DNA of 64,000 nt, taken from a virus. Its lineage: Duplodnaviria > Caudoviricetes. A program made the translations under genes and the position numbers. Shown one piece after another: positions 44,620 through 55,222 of the stretch (position 1 is the first letter of the stretch; each line of letters begins with the position of its first letter). The notes below the pieces were generated by a model that saw only the letters and a program-made list of their open reading frames with translations, did not search any database and was not told the origin of the DNA. Where the stretch lies: positions 1 to 64,000 of the IMG/VR virus record IMGVR_UViG_3300025154_000056, one strand, 5' to 3'.

Positions 44620-46044
44620 ATGAGTTCGATTATTGACAGCTTGAGAGAACGAATCAAGGATGAGCAATACGCACAACGTGCGTTCGGACTCGCAATCTCC
44701 GATGAGAACGTTCAACGTGCCCTCGCAGAGATCACTAACAATCACTTGATTGTTACAATTTCTAGCGGCTCAGGGGCGAAAGCTAGAGGCATCGACTTCG
44801 ACCTATCGGACGCGAGATACGACACTATTGGTAAGCTGTACCAGGCTGTGTCGCGCATGGAGGGGTACCAGGCGAACCTGGACGAAGACGCCTCCATGTC
44901 CCACCCATCAATTGACTTGGAGCACTTCGGCCCCATGGACATTGCTGGCGTAGGGCTAGATATGAAACACCACGTCTTCTCCGATGCTGAGTTGGAGAGG
45001 TACCTTGGGTTTGCGGTCAAGCGTCACAACCCAGGGCTGACCATGGATACCTTACCCGATGGTGAGATAATCTTAGTCATCTATTTGGCATCAGCGGATA
45101 TATGCAGGATCCAAGCCCACGACGCAACCAAACGTAAGGGAATGGATTCGGAGATATTCTACCTGCTTGAGATGGCGAACAATTTCGACAGGGCGTACCA
45201 GAAGGATGCGAAGCGCCTCAGTCGAGCCATCGTCTCTCCGAAGGAGTCTCCTCGCAACGACATGCGAGAGGGTGACGTAGTACTAGGTAGTCTGATGCGT
45301 AGGAGCATGCGTACCGGGCTCATCTCTCCTATGTCGCAGAACCTGCCCCCTAGTCCAGCAGAGTTGTTTGACCCCAATGATGAGGACGTGGAAGACACGT
45401 TCGTTCGAGTTAGGTGGATGCGCAATAGAGACCTGGACTATTACAGCTTTGAGCTTTGGATGGACTCTAGGCCAGATGTTGCGCGTACTCGGGAAGCGCT
45501 GCTGGCGGCTGAGCAAACATACTCAGCGCATGGGGACGCGCAGATGCTGAGGCAGTCCACGAGCAAGCTGGTGTACAGGTCTATGGGGCCCAACACCCGT
45601 GGGTCTGCTCAATTCACACCTACTGCATTCATTGGTGGCAACGGCAGCCAGGTAACAAACTACGTTGTTGATAGTCTGGAGCCCGACACTACGTACTATT
45701 TTAGGGCGTACATATTCGACCTGAACGATGAGTCTGTGGCTTCGAACGTAGCGGAGTTCAGGACTAAGTCACTGCGTACTCGATTCACTGAGACTGGTAC
45801 CGTAGTTCCTGTGCACGGCGTGGCTACTGATTTGGTATTAGTCAACTTCGATTCGACCTTCGGGCCAATTACTGCTAGCCACCAATTGAAGATGGGAGAA
45901 AAGACTCTTGCCTTTACGGTTATTACTCCCACGCAGGCTCAAATTACTGTACCTTCTTTTTTGAACAAGGGTCTGAAAGACCTTGTCGTCATATCGCCCA
46001 ACAGCTTGATCAACATCCGTCGTAACATTTTCGAGGTGAGGTAA
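44620..46044 (+). CDS. head-tail adaptor/neck protein with FN3 and IPT-like domains
   Basis: FSDAELERYL adaptor-like segment; LEPDTTYYFRAY FN3 signature. Confidence 0.65.
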   Translation: MSSIIDSLRERIKDEQYAQRAFGLAISDENVQRALAEITNNHLIVTISSGSGAKARGIDFDLSDARYDTIGKLYQAVSRMEGYQANLDEDASMSHPSIDLEHFGPMDIAGVGLDMKHHVFSDAELERYLGFAVKRHNPGLTMDTLPDGEIILVIYLASADICRIQAHDATKRKGMDSEIFYLLEMANNFDRAYQKDAKRLSRAIVSPKESPRNDMREGDVVLGSLMRRSMRTGLISPMSQNLPPSPAELFDPNDEDVEDTFVRVRWMRNRDLDYYSFELWMDSRPDVARTREALLAAEQTYSAHGDAQMLRQSTSKLVYRSMGPNTRGSAQFTPTAFIGGNGSQVTNYVVDSLEPDTTYYFRAYIFDLNDESVASNVAEFRTKSLRTRFTETGTVVPVHGVATDLVLVNFDSTFGPITASHQLKMGEKTLAFTVITPTQAQITVPSFLNKGLKDLVVISPNSLINIRRNIFEVR

Positions 46045-46487
46045 TGGGCTTCATCCTGAAGTGGACTGAGCGGGCGAAACAGACCATTCGCAAAGTCACG
46101 CAGATACCCGATCGTTACGACGATGCTGCGGAGGCGTACGCTAAGGCGTTGGCTGAGGAGACCGTAAAGCAAGTCCGAGAGCGCATACTGTCTGGGTCGA
46201 TTACTCCGGGTCTCAAAGCGTCAACGTTACAATCCAAGAGGAGTAAGGGGCAAGACCCTCGCGTTCTGGTCATGACTAGAGCGTATGTAGATGGTATGGA
46301 AGCTGTACCCGCATCTGGGAAGCACTCATGGGGAGTTCGAGCAGACCCAGACAAATTCAGAATGCTTGAATATGGTACCCCGAAAATGCCCCCTCGTCCC
46401 CACATGATTAGTGTGGCTCAAGTAAAGAGGAGGGATGTACGACTCAAGGCTAAGTTCTTCAAAGACATGCTAGGGTTTGGTGAATAG
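46044..46487 (+). CDS. HK97 gp10-like neck/tail completion protein
   Basis: LEYGTPKMPPRP motif. Confidence 0.75.
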   Translation: MGFILKWTERAKQTIRKVTQIPDRYDDAAEAYAKALAEETVKQVRERILSGSITPGLKASTLQSKRSKGQDPRVLVMTRAYVDGMEAVPASGKHSWGVRADPDKFRMLEYGTPKMPPRPHMISVAQVKRRDVRLKAKFFKDMLGFGE

Positions 46488-46489
46488 AG

Positions 46490-47401
46490 ATGCTCTTTCT
46501 AGAGCTAGACCTAGCAATCTTCGAGCGTCTCACAGGGGCTCCGCTAGATGATAAGGGGCGCCCGAAGATGGGCCCAGATAATCTCCCTGTCAATCGGTGC
46601 ATCCCTGGGCCACCGAAGATGAACGGGGAACTACAGCCTTCATGGGGAATAAGAATACCCCAATTGAAGGCACCATTCGATACGTACCACGGTCTGACCT
46701 CAAACGACCCAATGGCGTATCGCATGTTCGAGAAGGGCTTCAGCCCTAGCTCGTTCAGACAAGTACCGGTGTTCGACGAGAACATCGAGAATCGTAAGTG
46801 GTCGGACGTGTGGCCCTGCGTGACATTTAGTCTGCAGGACTTCTACCATCAAACTGCAACATCATCGTACGGTAGCTACGGCTCCGAGTTTGACCCTAAG
46901 TCTGACCCAGCAGAGATCAGGAACAGCAGTGGTGAGGTTGTAGCCAGCGGCAGACAGAACAAATTGATTTCTCCCCACCCGGAGTCGTGGGACGTTACAT
47001 ACGCTATTCGGGTGTTCTCAAAGAGCAAGATTGAATTGGAGCTGATTACTTCGCAACTACTTACCAAGATGTTCCCAGGTCGAAGCGCTATTGAGGTGGG
47101 ATTCATGAACGGCACCAAGCACTGGTGCGACATGTTCTGGATCTGGTCACAGAACCTCGACCTTCGAGGGGAGAACGTGAAGAAGAGTCTGGACCCATCT
47201 GAGCAGGCACATTATTCAAGGGCATTCTTTTACAAGATCGAATCGTATATGGACAACACTGGCGACAAGTTTGGGTACGGAGAGCAGTATTCCAAACCTG
47301 TTATTTTGGGACGCATAATGGAATTGGCTAAGCTCCGTGATGGGAACCTAGTCGATGGAATCGAATACGATATCGAAGACGCAGAACAACCAGCTACCTA
47401 G
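46490..47401 (+). CDS. putative tail terminator/completion protein
   Basis: position just before sheath; WPCVTF...DVTYAIRVFS. Confidence 0.55.
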   Translation: MLFLELDLAIFERLTGAPLDDKGRPKMGPDNLPVNRCIPGPPKMNGELQPSWGIRIPQLKAPFDTYHGLTSNDPMAYRMFEKGFSPSSFRQVPVFDENIENRKWSDVWPCVTFSLQDFYHQTATSSYGSYGSEFDPKSDPAEIRNSSGEVVASGRQNKLISPHPESWDVTYAIRVFSKSKIELELITSQLLTKMFPGRSAIEVGFMNGTKHWCDMFWIWSQNLDLRGENVKKSLDPSEQAHYSRAFFYKIESYMDNTGDKFGYGEQYSKPVILGRIMELAKLRDGNLVDGIEYDIEDAEQPAT

Positions 47402-47424
47402 GTTGCTACAGGAGAAAAAGGGCA

Positions 47425-49902
47425 ATGGTCGAATACAAGAGTCCCAACTTTCGTTGGACGGAGAAAAAGGTTGGAGCGAGCCCGGTGATCTTCACTGGGG
47501 CTCAATCTGATGCTGTTTGCGGCTTCAGCGGCTACGCGTATCGTGGACCGACTGAGCCGTATGCTGTTGCTAGCATGGGGGAATTCGAGGAAGTCTATGG
47601 CGGGCGACCCGATAATTTCACGTACCCAGGTAGTTGCTACCTCTTCGATAGCGTCGAAGGGTTCTTCAAGCAGGTTGGCTCTGGCGTCGTGTATGTGCAG
47701 CGTTTCGTTGGCGCTGGCGCAGCTGCGGCACAGAGAGTCCTGGGTGTAAGCGGTGGCCCGGCTACCGTTGGTAGCATCACCAGTGACCCCGCGTCGTTCC
47801 CAGTGGCACTGGCGCCTGGGGACACGTTCATCGGTAACGTGGATAGCGACGCTATGGGCCCTGCGACGCTGACCATCGCTGCTACTCCTGCAGAGTACGT
47901 CGGTCCTGGGGTACCTGGAGCTACGTACGCAGCTTGCGTCGCTACCAATGAGGTGGTTATTGCCATCGCTGGATATGCAAATCAAACTATTCAATGCACG
48001 GGTGCTGAGAACACCCAAGCGCTGTGGCACGATCTGCTCAACGCCAATTTGATTGGAGCATACGTCATCAACGATGGTGGCGAATCCAAGATCGTCACTG
48101 ACCAGAAGGGCTCTGGAGCGGCTGGCTCCATTGTGTCTGGAGACGTAGACGTCCTGGCAGCTTTGGGCTGGGTAGCAGCTGCACCCCTCGTGAACGCTGG
48201 CCCCAACAACGTTGCTGACGTGCTCGCTGTAGGTGCCCTGGAATGGGCAGGAGAATGGGGTGGAGCGCTTGCTGGTCTCGGTGGTGGTACCTCCATCGCC
48301 ATCAATGCAGACGACTCCATTACCTGGACTTCTTTGGCGACAGGCGTCGCTGCGAACGTGCAATTCACTGGTGGCACTGGTCTTGCGAAGATTGCTGGTC
48401 TCGCCATCGGTACCTACTCTGGTGCTGCCAGCTCCACTATTGGAGCTGTTCAACTGGACGCATCGAGTGTGGGCACTTGGGGCGACGACATGCGCACCTC
48501 TGTGAGCCACAACGACATCACAGGTCCCCTGGTTTCTGGGGCGCTCGCTGCGGGGGCACAGACTCGCATCCCCGTTGCTAGCATCAACAAGATCTCTATT
48601 GGTGATCAGATCTCTATCACCAAGGGTGTCGACGTGCAGCGCGGTGTGGTCAAGTACTTGGAGCGCACCACTCCCCCAGCCATTGTGCTGGAGAGTGCCA
48701 TCACGGTTCCTGGCGGTGGTTACGCTGGCACCGAGACAGTGAAAATCGAGACATGGAATTTGTCTATCTACGACAGCAACATGAGTCTCGTCACTACGTA
48801 TGCAAACATCCGTATGTCTGCGCTTGCTGGCGCCAACTACGTGGTGAACAAGATCAACTCCGTCCCGCTTACGTGGGTCGAGGCGACGGTTCTTGGCACC
48901 CTCCCGGCGATTCCGGCTGACCAGCGACCGTTGGCTGATGCCAGCCCTGTGAGCCTCGCAGGGGGCAACGACGGAGCGGCAGTGGCCCAGGCTGATGTCC
49001 AGGGTAGCAGCAGTGCAAAGACTGGGCTCTACGCATGGCTGAAGGTCGACGAGTTGGACATCGCAGCCATCCCAGGTCTCTCTGAGATGGGGCTCTCCAA
49101 CGCGGCAGTGTCTCAAATCATCTCTGATGCAGAGGCGATTGCTGAGGCAGTGGGTGAGTGGCAGTGGATTTGGGACCTCAAGGATGGGCTGCTCCCGAAC
49201 CTCTCTGCTGGTCAAATCGTTGATTGGAAATCGGTCACAATGGGCATCGACTCGTCGCACTCGATGTGTTGGTTCCCGTGGTTGGTCAAGGCAGTCAACG
49301 GTATTGAAGTGAATGTTCCCAATTCTGGGTACGTCCTCGGCACTATCTCTCGTACGTGGCGCAGCCGTTCGTTCGGCAAAGCTCCTGCGGGCACTGTCGA
49401 CGGCAAGATCGAGGGGATCATCAGGCGGGCGTACGACCTGGATCAAGACTCGTACAACTACCTGTACCCGAATGGCATCAACGGTATTATGTCATTCAAG
49501 AACATCGGGGTCGTGGGGTGGGGCAACAACACCGCTGACGCTCTTGGTGTATTTGCTGCACTCAATGAGCGCTTTGTGTTCAACCGTGCAAAGCGGGCAG
49601 TTCGTGAAATCATTCGTGCGTATTCGTTCGAGTACAACGACGATGACACTCGAAGCATGCTCAAGATGCTGGTCGATGACCTCATGGCAGAGTGGCAGGG
49701 TAAGAAGATCCTCGCTGGGCAAGGCATGGCGGAAGGCTGGTACTTCCTCTGCGATAGGAACCTCAACACTGCCTCGGTGATCAAGGCGCGTAAGATCAGA
49801 TTCACGCTTGGCCTTGCTGCGAATCAAGCGGCTGAATTTGTCGAGGGCACCATCGAGCAAGACTTGCGGGCACTCTCGTCTGAGATGACGGCAACTGTCT
49901 GA
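47425..49902 (+). CDS. tail sheath protein
   Basis: GYAYRGP, AIPG, KAPAG, LYPNGINGI, FEYND motifs. Confidence 0.92.
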   Translation: MVEYKSPNFRWTEKKVGASPVIFTGAQSDAVCGFSGYAYRGPTEPYAVASMGEFEEVYGGRPDNFTYPGSCYLFDSVEGFFKQVGSGVVYVQRFVGAGAAAAQRVLGVSGGPATVGSITSDPASFPVALAPGDTFIGNVDSDAMGPATLTIAATPAEYVGPGVPGATYAACVATNEVVIAIAGYANQTIQCTGAENTQALWHDLLNANLIGAYVINDGGESKIVTDQKGSGAAGSIVSGDVDVLAALGWVAAAPLVNAGPNNVADVLAVGALEWAGEWGGALAGLGGGTSIAINADDSITWTSLATGVAANVQFTGGTGLAKIAGLAIGTYSGAASSTIGAVQLDASSVGTWGDDMRTSVSHNDITGPLVSGALAAGAQTRIPVASINKISIGDQISITKGVDVQRGVVKYLERTTPPAIVLESAITVPGGGYAGTETVKIETWNLSIYDSNMSLVTTYANIRMSALAGANYVVNKINSVPLTWVEATVLGTLPAIPADQRPLADASPVSLAGGNDGAAVAQADVQGSSSAKTGLYAWLKVDELDIAAIPGLSEMGLSNAAVSQIISDAEAIAEAVGEWQWIWDLKDGLLPNLSAGQIVDWKSVTMGIDSSHSMCWFPWLVKAVNGIEVNVPNSGYVLGTISRTWRSRSFGKAPAGTVDGKIEGIIRRAYDLDQDSYNYLYPNGINGIMSFKNIGVVGWGNNTADALGVFAALNERFVFNRAKRAVREIIRAYSFEYNDDDTRSMLKMLVDDLMAEWQGKKILAGQGMAEGWYFLCDRNLNTASVIKARKIRFTLGLAANQAAEFVEGTIEQDLRALSSEMTATV

Positions 49903-49917
49903 TAGAAGGAGTTCACT

Positions 49918-50406
49918 ATGGCTCGCATTACGTACGAAGATCCTATCAAGGTGTTCCGATACCGAGTCCTGGTTCCTGGCTGGGACCAAGGTGCTGGGTT
50001 CAGTGAGTGCCTCGGCTTGAACGTGGAGAACGATGTCGTTGAGTACCGCGAGGGCGGCATGCTGGACACTCCGCAGAAGTCTCCAGGGCTGCAGAAGTTC
50101 GGTGACATTACGCTGCGGCGTGGGCAATTCTTCTCTGGGAAATCACGGGACTCGGAGTTCATCATTTGGTGCCAGAGTGTCAACCGAGTGACCCTCGGCT
50201 TGGGCGGTACTGATCTTGTTCTTCGAAAGGAGCTGGTCATTCGTCAATACAACAACAGGAATGAGGCTGTTGTTGATTGGTACATCAAAGAGGCGTGGCC
50301 CCGTACCTACAAGCCCATGTCGGATATGAACGGCAACTCGTCTGAGAACAGCATCGAAGAGCTTGTGCTCACTCACGAAGGCTTCACTCAGACACGATTC
50401 ATGTAA
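49918..50406 (+). CDS. tail tube protein (T4 gp19-like)
   Basis: GFSECLGL..E.DVVEYREGG, KSPG..KFGDITLRRG, AWP, IEELVLTHEG. Confidence 0.92.
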   Translation: MARITYEDPIKVFRYRVLVPGWDQGAGFSECLGLNVENDVVEYREGGMLDTPQKSPGLQKFGDITLRRGQFFSGKSRDSEFIIWCQSVNRVTLGLGGTDLVLRKELVIRQYNNRNEAVVDWYIKEAWPRTYKPMSDMNGNSSENSIEELVLTHEGFTQTRFM

Positions 50407-50438
50407 GACACAATTTGCGTCGACTAGGAGAAAGATAA

Positions 50439-51239
50439 ATGGCGTCCGTTATTCAGCTACCCTGCGCGATCAAAGACACTTCGGGTAATTGGACCCGAGA
50501 AGTAGAGCTGGACGAAATCACAGGCATTGAAGAAGACATTCTGGCTGACACTCGTATGGCGGCGGATGGCAGTGGGCTACCCGCGAAATCTGGGTCTGCC
50601 CGGATTACGGAGATTCTATCCCGCTGCACTATCCGCATTGGCAATTCTGTGAGGCCCGAGGGAATGGACCGATTCACCTCCCCGAAGTTCTTCGAGGAGT
50701 GCTGGTGGAATGCATACCTAGCTGACCGGTCCTACTCTGTTGTGCAATTGAGAAGGCTCTCATTAGGAGATGACTTCTCTTTCACGGAGAATTGCCCCGC
50801 GTGCAAACAGGAGATTCCAAACATCAGTGTGGATTTGTCTACGTTGACTATCACCGAGGCAGACCAGGAGGCGGCTCGAAAGGCTGTGCACCCCCTGGAG
50901 CTGCCCTCCGGTAACACGTTCTCCTGGAGGATGTTCACGGGCAGGGATGAAGACAAGATTCACAGCATTCAGCGCAACCATCAGGAAGATATGAGGACAG
51001 CTCTATTGTTCTTGAGGTGCGTGCAGCTGAACGATCTGACTAGCCCTGTTGAGATTCAAGAGACTATTCGACGTATGGGTATTCGTGATCGCACGACCAT
51101 TCGTAACGCTATGTCGAAGGTCGAGGGCGGCATTGAGCAGGACCACAAGATCACGTGTCCTCACGCCATGTGCCACACGCAGTTCACGCTGCGGCTCGAC
51201 CCAGGCAAACCGTCTTTTTTCTTCCCATCGGAAATCTGA
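50439..51239 (+). CDS. tail assembly chaperone / baseplate hub assembly protein
   Basis: TGIEEDIL, CPAC and CPHAMC zinc motifs; between tube and tape measure. Confidence 0.75.
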   Translation: MASVIQLPCAIKDTSGNWTREVELDEITGIEEDILADTRMAADGSGLPAKSGSARITEILSRCTIRIGNSVRPEGMDRFTSPKFFEECWWNAYLADRSYSVVQLRRLSLGDDFSFTENCPACKQEIPNISVDLSTLTITEADQEAARKAVHPLELPSGNTFSWRMFTGRDEDKIHSIQRNHQEDMRTALLFLRCVQLNDLTSPVEIQETIRRMGIRDRTTIRNAMSKVEGGIEQDHKITCPHAMCHTQFTLRLDPGKPSFFFPSEI

Positions 51240-51463
51240 TTACACTGGAGTCGGACCTTTTAGCGCACTTGGATATATGGAACCAACCTATGGAAGTGAC
51301 ACGGAGGCTACCATACGGTCGTAGGCGCAGGGCGCTTAGATGGAAGACCAAGATCCAGGAATACAAACGAAGTAAGATGCGCAACAAGGACGACTCACCT
51401 ATCCAGCTAACGGGCGACGACATCAGATTCATTTGGGGCGACCCGTCTAAGTACAAGTTCTAG
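51215..51463 (+). CDS. -1 frameshift extension of tail assembly chaperone
   Basis: slippery T TTT TTC at 51215-51221; open -1 frame to 51463 without own RBS/start. Confidence 0.7.
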   Translation, partial: FFLPIGNLITLESDLLAHLDIWNQPMEVTRRLPYGRRRRALRWKTKIQEYKRSKMRNKDDSPIQLTGDDIRFIWGDPSKYKF

Positions 51464-51472
51464 GAGACAGCC

Positions 51473-54259
51473 ATGGACTCACTCGACCTTCCCATCATCT
51501 TCTCTGTGACTGGACCTGGGCAGGCCCAGCTTCGAGCCATAGGGCAGGGGCTGAACATGATGGCTGCACAGGCTGGCATGGTCGGGTCAGCCACTGGCAA
51601 GTCTTCGCAAGTGATGGGTTTGTTTTCGGACAAAACCCATTCCTCTGAGCTTCGTATGCTCCAAATGGCGCGTGCTGCGTTGTCCTTTCAGTACGCGTTC
51701 CAAGGTATGGCAAACGTAGGGACCGGGCTCATGGACATTGGTGTTGGCATCATGGAGGGCTTCCAGAACGCAGCCACACTGATGCTCGAAGAAATGGGTG
51801 AAGTGGAATTGTCCATCACCCGTATCGCGGCTTTGTCTAACACCTCTCAGAAGGAAGCCCGAGTCACAGCTGAGAAGGTGTTGGATATTGCATTCCAGCT
51901 TCCTGGCACCATGAGGGACCTCACGAACCTCACTGCGAACTTGGCAGAAGCTGGTCTCAATGCGACTACTGTTATTGGCACGTATGCAAGTCTCTCCCAA
52001 AAAGGGGCAGTCAATAAGGAGTCCTTGAAACTTGCTGAGGGGCTTACCAGTGAGGCAGAGAAGCAAGTGACCTTGGCCTCCTCCGTGGTCGACTTGGCTG
52101 CGGCTATGGGCGAGACCGGGTCTCGATTCAGTATGTTCCAATATCTATTCTCTGATTACCTAAAGACAGGTCTGTCACAGAAGATTCGAGGACGTCTGAC
52201 ATTCGAGGCACGCGACGCCATCAGCAAGGAAGCAAAGAAAGGCGGCGGGTGGGATCCGAAGGCAGCAGTCGAGGGCTTCCTCAAGTATATGGGTACCAAG
52301 GGTTTGTTTGGCTCAGGTCTCATCGCAGCCCGTACATGGGAAGGTATCAAGGAGAAGTTTGCGGACCTCCCTCGATACTTTGCAAAGCTGATAGGTGGCA
52401 TGCCCGGTACTGGAGGCATGTTCGATCAGTTGGTCAGTTCTCTGTATGAGATTCAGCAGCTTCTATTTCAGACGTTCGACGACCCGAAGTTTGCTAAGTC
52501 AATTCAAGGAGCCATCATTCCTGCGTTCAGGATAATGGTGGGAATCACGAAGCAACTGGCTGCAGCCTTAGGTGGTCTGTTCCAATTCATTGCTGAGTTC
52601 CCGATCCTAACAAAGCTTGCTGTCGCTCTTACTGGCGTCGCAGGAGTTGTGCTTACGTTCGTCGGAGCTGTCATAGCTTTGGTGGGGTCACTCGGAGCGT
52701 TCGCTGCTCTGATCATGCTTCTGTCTGATGTTATCCTCCCGGCCCTAGCCATAGCAATAGGAACTGTTGTAATAGGGTTTCAAGTCCTAGTCCCCATACT
52801 TGCTGTAGCCACTGCTGCTGGCGCCGCTTTCTACGCTGTGTGGACCTCCGACTTTGGGGGAATCAGAACCACAATACAGAACCTGTTTGTTCTTGGTTCT
52901 GCTCTCATGGAGGTAATTGAGAATCTTGATAAGTTTGGTGATGGCTGGTCAGCCATTGAGGAAGACACCTTCAAGGATCTAGAAGACCAAGGTTTGCTAA
53001 ACACATTCAGCAATATGGTCCAGTGGATTGCGCGAGCCCATGAGGCGTACAAGACGTTCATGGGCACGTTCACCATGGGGTGGTCCAAAGCTGGAGGACT
53101 CGGGGAGCGATTCTCCAACGTGTGGGTCAGGCTCAGTGAAGCCATGCTTCGTGTAGGCACTGCTGTGCAGCAAGTACTTGTGGCTTTGAACCTAATCCCG
53201 GAGACGGGATCTGACTCAATGGACAACGCTGCTGAAGCAGGGCACGGGTTCGCTAATGCTCTACTCCGCATCCTGGATTTGGTCGCAAAGGTTTCTGAGG
53301 GATTTGCTGACTGGGTCGACGCTACTACAGGTGACGTGCCCAGGATGATGACCCAAATGAATCAGTTCTACTCATCGGTACTGATGATAAAGAACGCATT
53401 CGATATGCTAGTCGACTCTGCATTGATGTTCGGAGGCATGCTATTGATGGGGCTGGGCCCGGTCTTGGGAATGCTTGTGGCAATTACTGCAACAACTACC
53501 AGGTGGCTGTCTTTGATGGCTGCATTTGCTACAGGTGACTTCAAAGGCATTGGCAAGATCCTGGCAGGACCATCTATGGTGGACGACATGAAGCTAGGTA
53601 TGGACATAGCTGGTGCGTTCAGCGGCATGGGCATGAAGGCTCTAGGGTACGGGATGACAGAGCTGCCCAAAGATGCAATGGAATTCAGAGACGCGCAATT
53701 GGCTATGGGCACTGGGCAGAATGCTGTTAGAGGGCGGGCAGACGACCTGGCTAACGACCCATTCTCTGTGGATAACATTGTTAGGCAGAACCGAAAGACA
53801 GGGTGGCTGCCTCAGTTCGACAAAAAGAACAAGGTTGTATACGAGGGAGACATGTACTCGTCTGCTGAGGGTAGCGTAGCTAATGCAGACATAGAGATGA
53901 TGCGACAGTTGGGCCTGGCTCCGACAGCTGACGAAGTACCATCGTCTGCGAAGTACGATATGGAGACTGGCGGTCAGATGAGTGCTGATGCTATTGAGAA
54001 TGCTGTGCGCAACGGCATGACTGACAGTCTCATGAGCTTCGAGCAAAACAGGCAGTCCGTATATGTAACGTCCCCAGGTGCCGGTCAGCCAGTTGGCAGA
54101 TCGATTACTAAAAGGGCTATTGAAGTCGTGCTGGAGTTGGACGGTAGACAGCTATTGAAGAAGATCATCGATATCGCTGAGAACGAAGACGAGCGCGCTG
54201 ACTACGCGGGTTATTTCTCAGGTGCAGGTATTCTGAATAAGCTGGCTGGAGGAGCATAA
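51473..54259 (+). CDS. tape measure protein
   Basis: 928 aa Ala/Gly/Leu-rich helical protein with central hydrophobic segments; canonical position. Confidence 0.88.
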   Translation: MDSLDLPIIFSVTGPGQAQLRAIGQGLNMMAAQAGMVGSATGKSSQVMGLFSDKTHSSELRMLQMARAALSFQYAFQGMANVGTGLMDIGVGIMEGFQNAATLMLEEMGEVELSITRIAALSNTSQKEARVTAEKVLDIAFQLPGTMRDLTNLTANLAEAGLNATTVIGTYASLSQKGAVNKESLKLAEGLTSEAEKQVTLASSVVDLAAAMGETGSRFSMFQYLFSDYLKTGLSQKIRGRLTFEARDAISKEAKKGGGWDPKAAVEGFLKYMGTKGLFGSGLIAARTWEGIKEKFADLPRYFAKLIGGMPGTGGMFDQLVSSLYEIQQLLFQTFDDPKFAKSIQGAIIPAFRIMVGITKQLAAALGGLFQFIAEFPILTKLAVALTGVAGVVLTFVGAVIALVGSLGAFAALIMLLSDVILPALAIAIGTVVIGFQVLVPILAVATAAGAAFYAVWTSDFGGIRTTIQNLFVLGSALMEVIENLDKFGDGWSAIEEDTFKDLEDQGLLNTFSNMVQWIARAHEAYKTFMGTFTMGWSKAGGLGERFSNVWVRLSEAMLRVGTAVQQVLVALNLIPETGSDSMDNAAEAGHGFANALLRILDLVAKVSEGFADWVDATTGDVPRMMTQMNQFYSSVLMIKNAFDMLVDSALMFGGMLLMGLGPVLGMLVAITATTTRWLSLMAAFATGDFKGIGKILAGPSMVDDMKLGMDIAGAFSGMGMKALGYGMTELPKDAMEFRDAQLAMGTGQNAVRGRADDLANDPFSVDNIVRQNRKTGWLPQFDKKNKVVYEGDMYSSAEGSVANADIEMMRQLGLAPTADEVPSSAKYDMETGGQMSADAIENAVRNGMTDSLMSFEQNRQSVYVTSPGAGQPVGRSITKRAIEVVLELDGRQLLKKIIDIAENEDERADYAGYFSGAGILNKLAGGA

Positions 54260-54261
54260 AG

Positions 54262-54897
54262 ATGACCGTTGTTTATGCAGGTAAGCTAGGTAATACCGGC
54301 ACGCTGTCAGACCAGTACAAGGCAAGCGGTGTCTCATTCGGCCATACCAGTACTCCTGTGAAGGGTCGTATTGACGTACCTGACTACATTGGTGTCGGTA
54401 TGCCCGGCTGGTACGCATTCATGTTCAATCCAGCAGAGGTAACAGAAAAGAAAGAAGTCAACTACGGAGAGACACCGGTACCAGGTGCGTCCCATCCTGT
54501 ACACCAGTTTGGCAGCGGTGGGGCCAGAGTCATTTCATTTGACTTGTTTCTAGACGGAGACAGGGGAAAGTTCGCAGCTAAGAATAAGACGCAGAGTGTA
54601 TTCACCATCGAGGAGATGGACAAGTACACTAGCGTCAAACCTGACGTCTTGTACTGGCAGTCACTGATGCTACCCATGGAATACGGTAGAGACCAGTTTG
54701 CTAAAGTAAAACCCCCTCACGTCATATTCAACTTTGGGAATCTGTACAAGAATGTGGTGTGCTTGGTGAAGCGAGCAGATCCTAGGTGGACGCATTTCAA
54801 CCTACGAATGGTTCCTATTAGAGCCACTCTATCTGTTCAACTGGACGAAGACATCGACCAAAGCATTACTGGGCCTGAGTTCTACAGGGCAGGGTAA
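54262..54897 (+). CDS. baseplate tube-initiator (CIS tube-like) protein
   Basis: FMFNPAEV, QFGSGGARVISFDLFLD, PPHVIFNFG, PIRATLSV. Confidence 0.8.
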   Translation: MTVVYAGKLGNTGTLSDQYKASGVSFGHTSTPVKGRIDVPDYIGVGMPGWYAFMFNPAEVTEKKEVNYGETPVPGASHPVHQFGSGGARVISFDLFLDGDRGKFAAKNKTQSVFTIEEMDKYTSVKPDVLYWQSLMLPMEYGRDQFAKVKPPHVIFNFGNLYKNVVCLVKRADPRWTHFNLRMVPIRATLSVQLDEDIDQSITGPEFYRAG

Positions 54898-54901
54898 GAG
54901 C

Positions 54902-55222
54902 ATGATCTTCAAAGGCAGTAGGTGGGAGTCGGTAGACATGATCCTGGTGATTGACCCAGCCACCAGGCAACCACTCACTCACGTCTACCCGGATCTGCGT
55001 CAGCGAGTCGTGGCGGGTGACAGTGAGGATAGGTTCATCACACCCCAGGGTTTCGAGGCCCAGTGGCCTCAAATGGGTATTCGGTATTTATCTGATGCGA
55101 AGTCGTGGTGGGCCATAGCTGACCTATCAGATGTTGTAGACCCATTCACTGAGATCAGCACGGAGACAGAGCTGCGTGTACCCAGCCAGCACAGGTTTTA
55201 CTTCGAGCTTGTGAGTAAGTGA
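54902..55222 (+). CDS. LysM/tail X-like baseplate protein
   Basis: WWAIADLS...DPF...LRVP. Confidence 0.7.
   Translation: MIFKGSRWESVDMILVIDPATRQPLTHVYPDLRQRVVAGDSEDRFITPQGFEAQWPQMGIRYLSDAKSWWAIADLSDVVDPFTEISTETELRVPSQHRFYFELVSK

Noticed and set aside
47398-49446. 682-aa minus-strand ORF and other long antisense ORFs (e.g. 42885-43784, 25347-26081)
   Set aside because: They are shadows of well-supported plus-strand genes, with no motifs or RBS.
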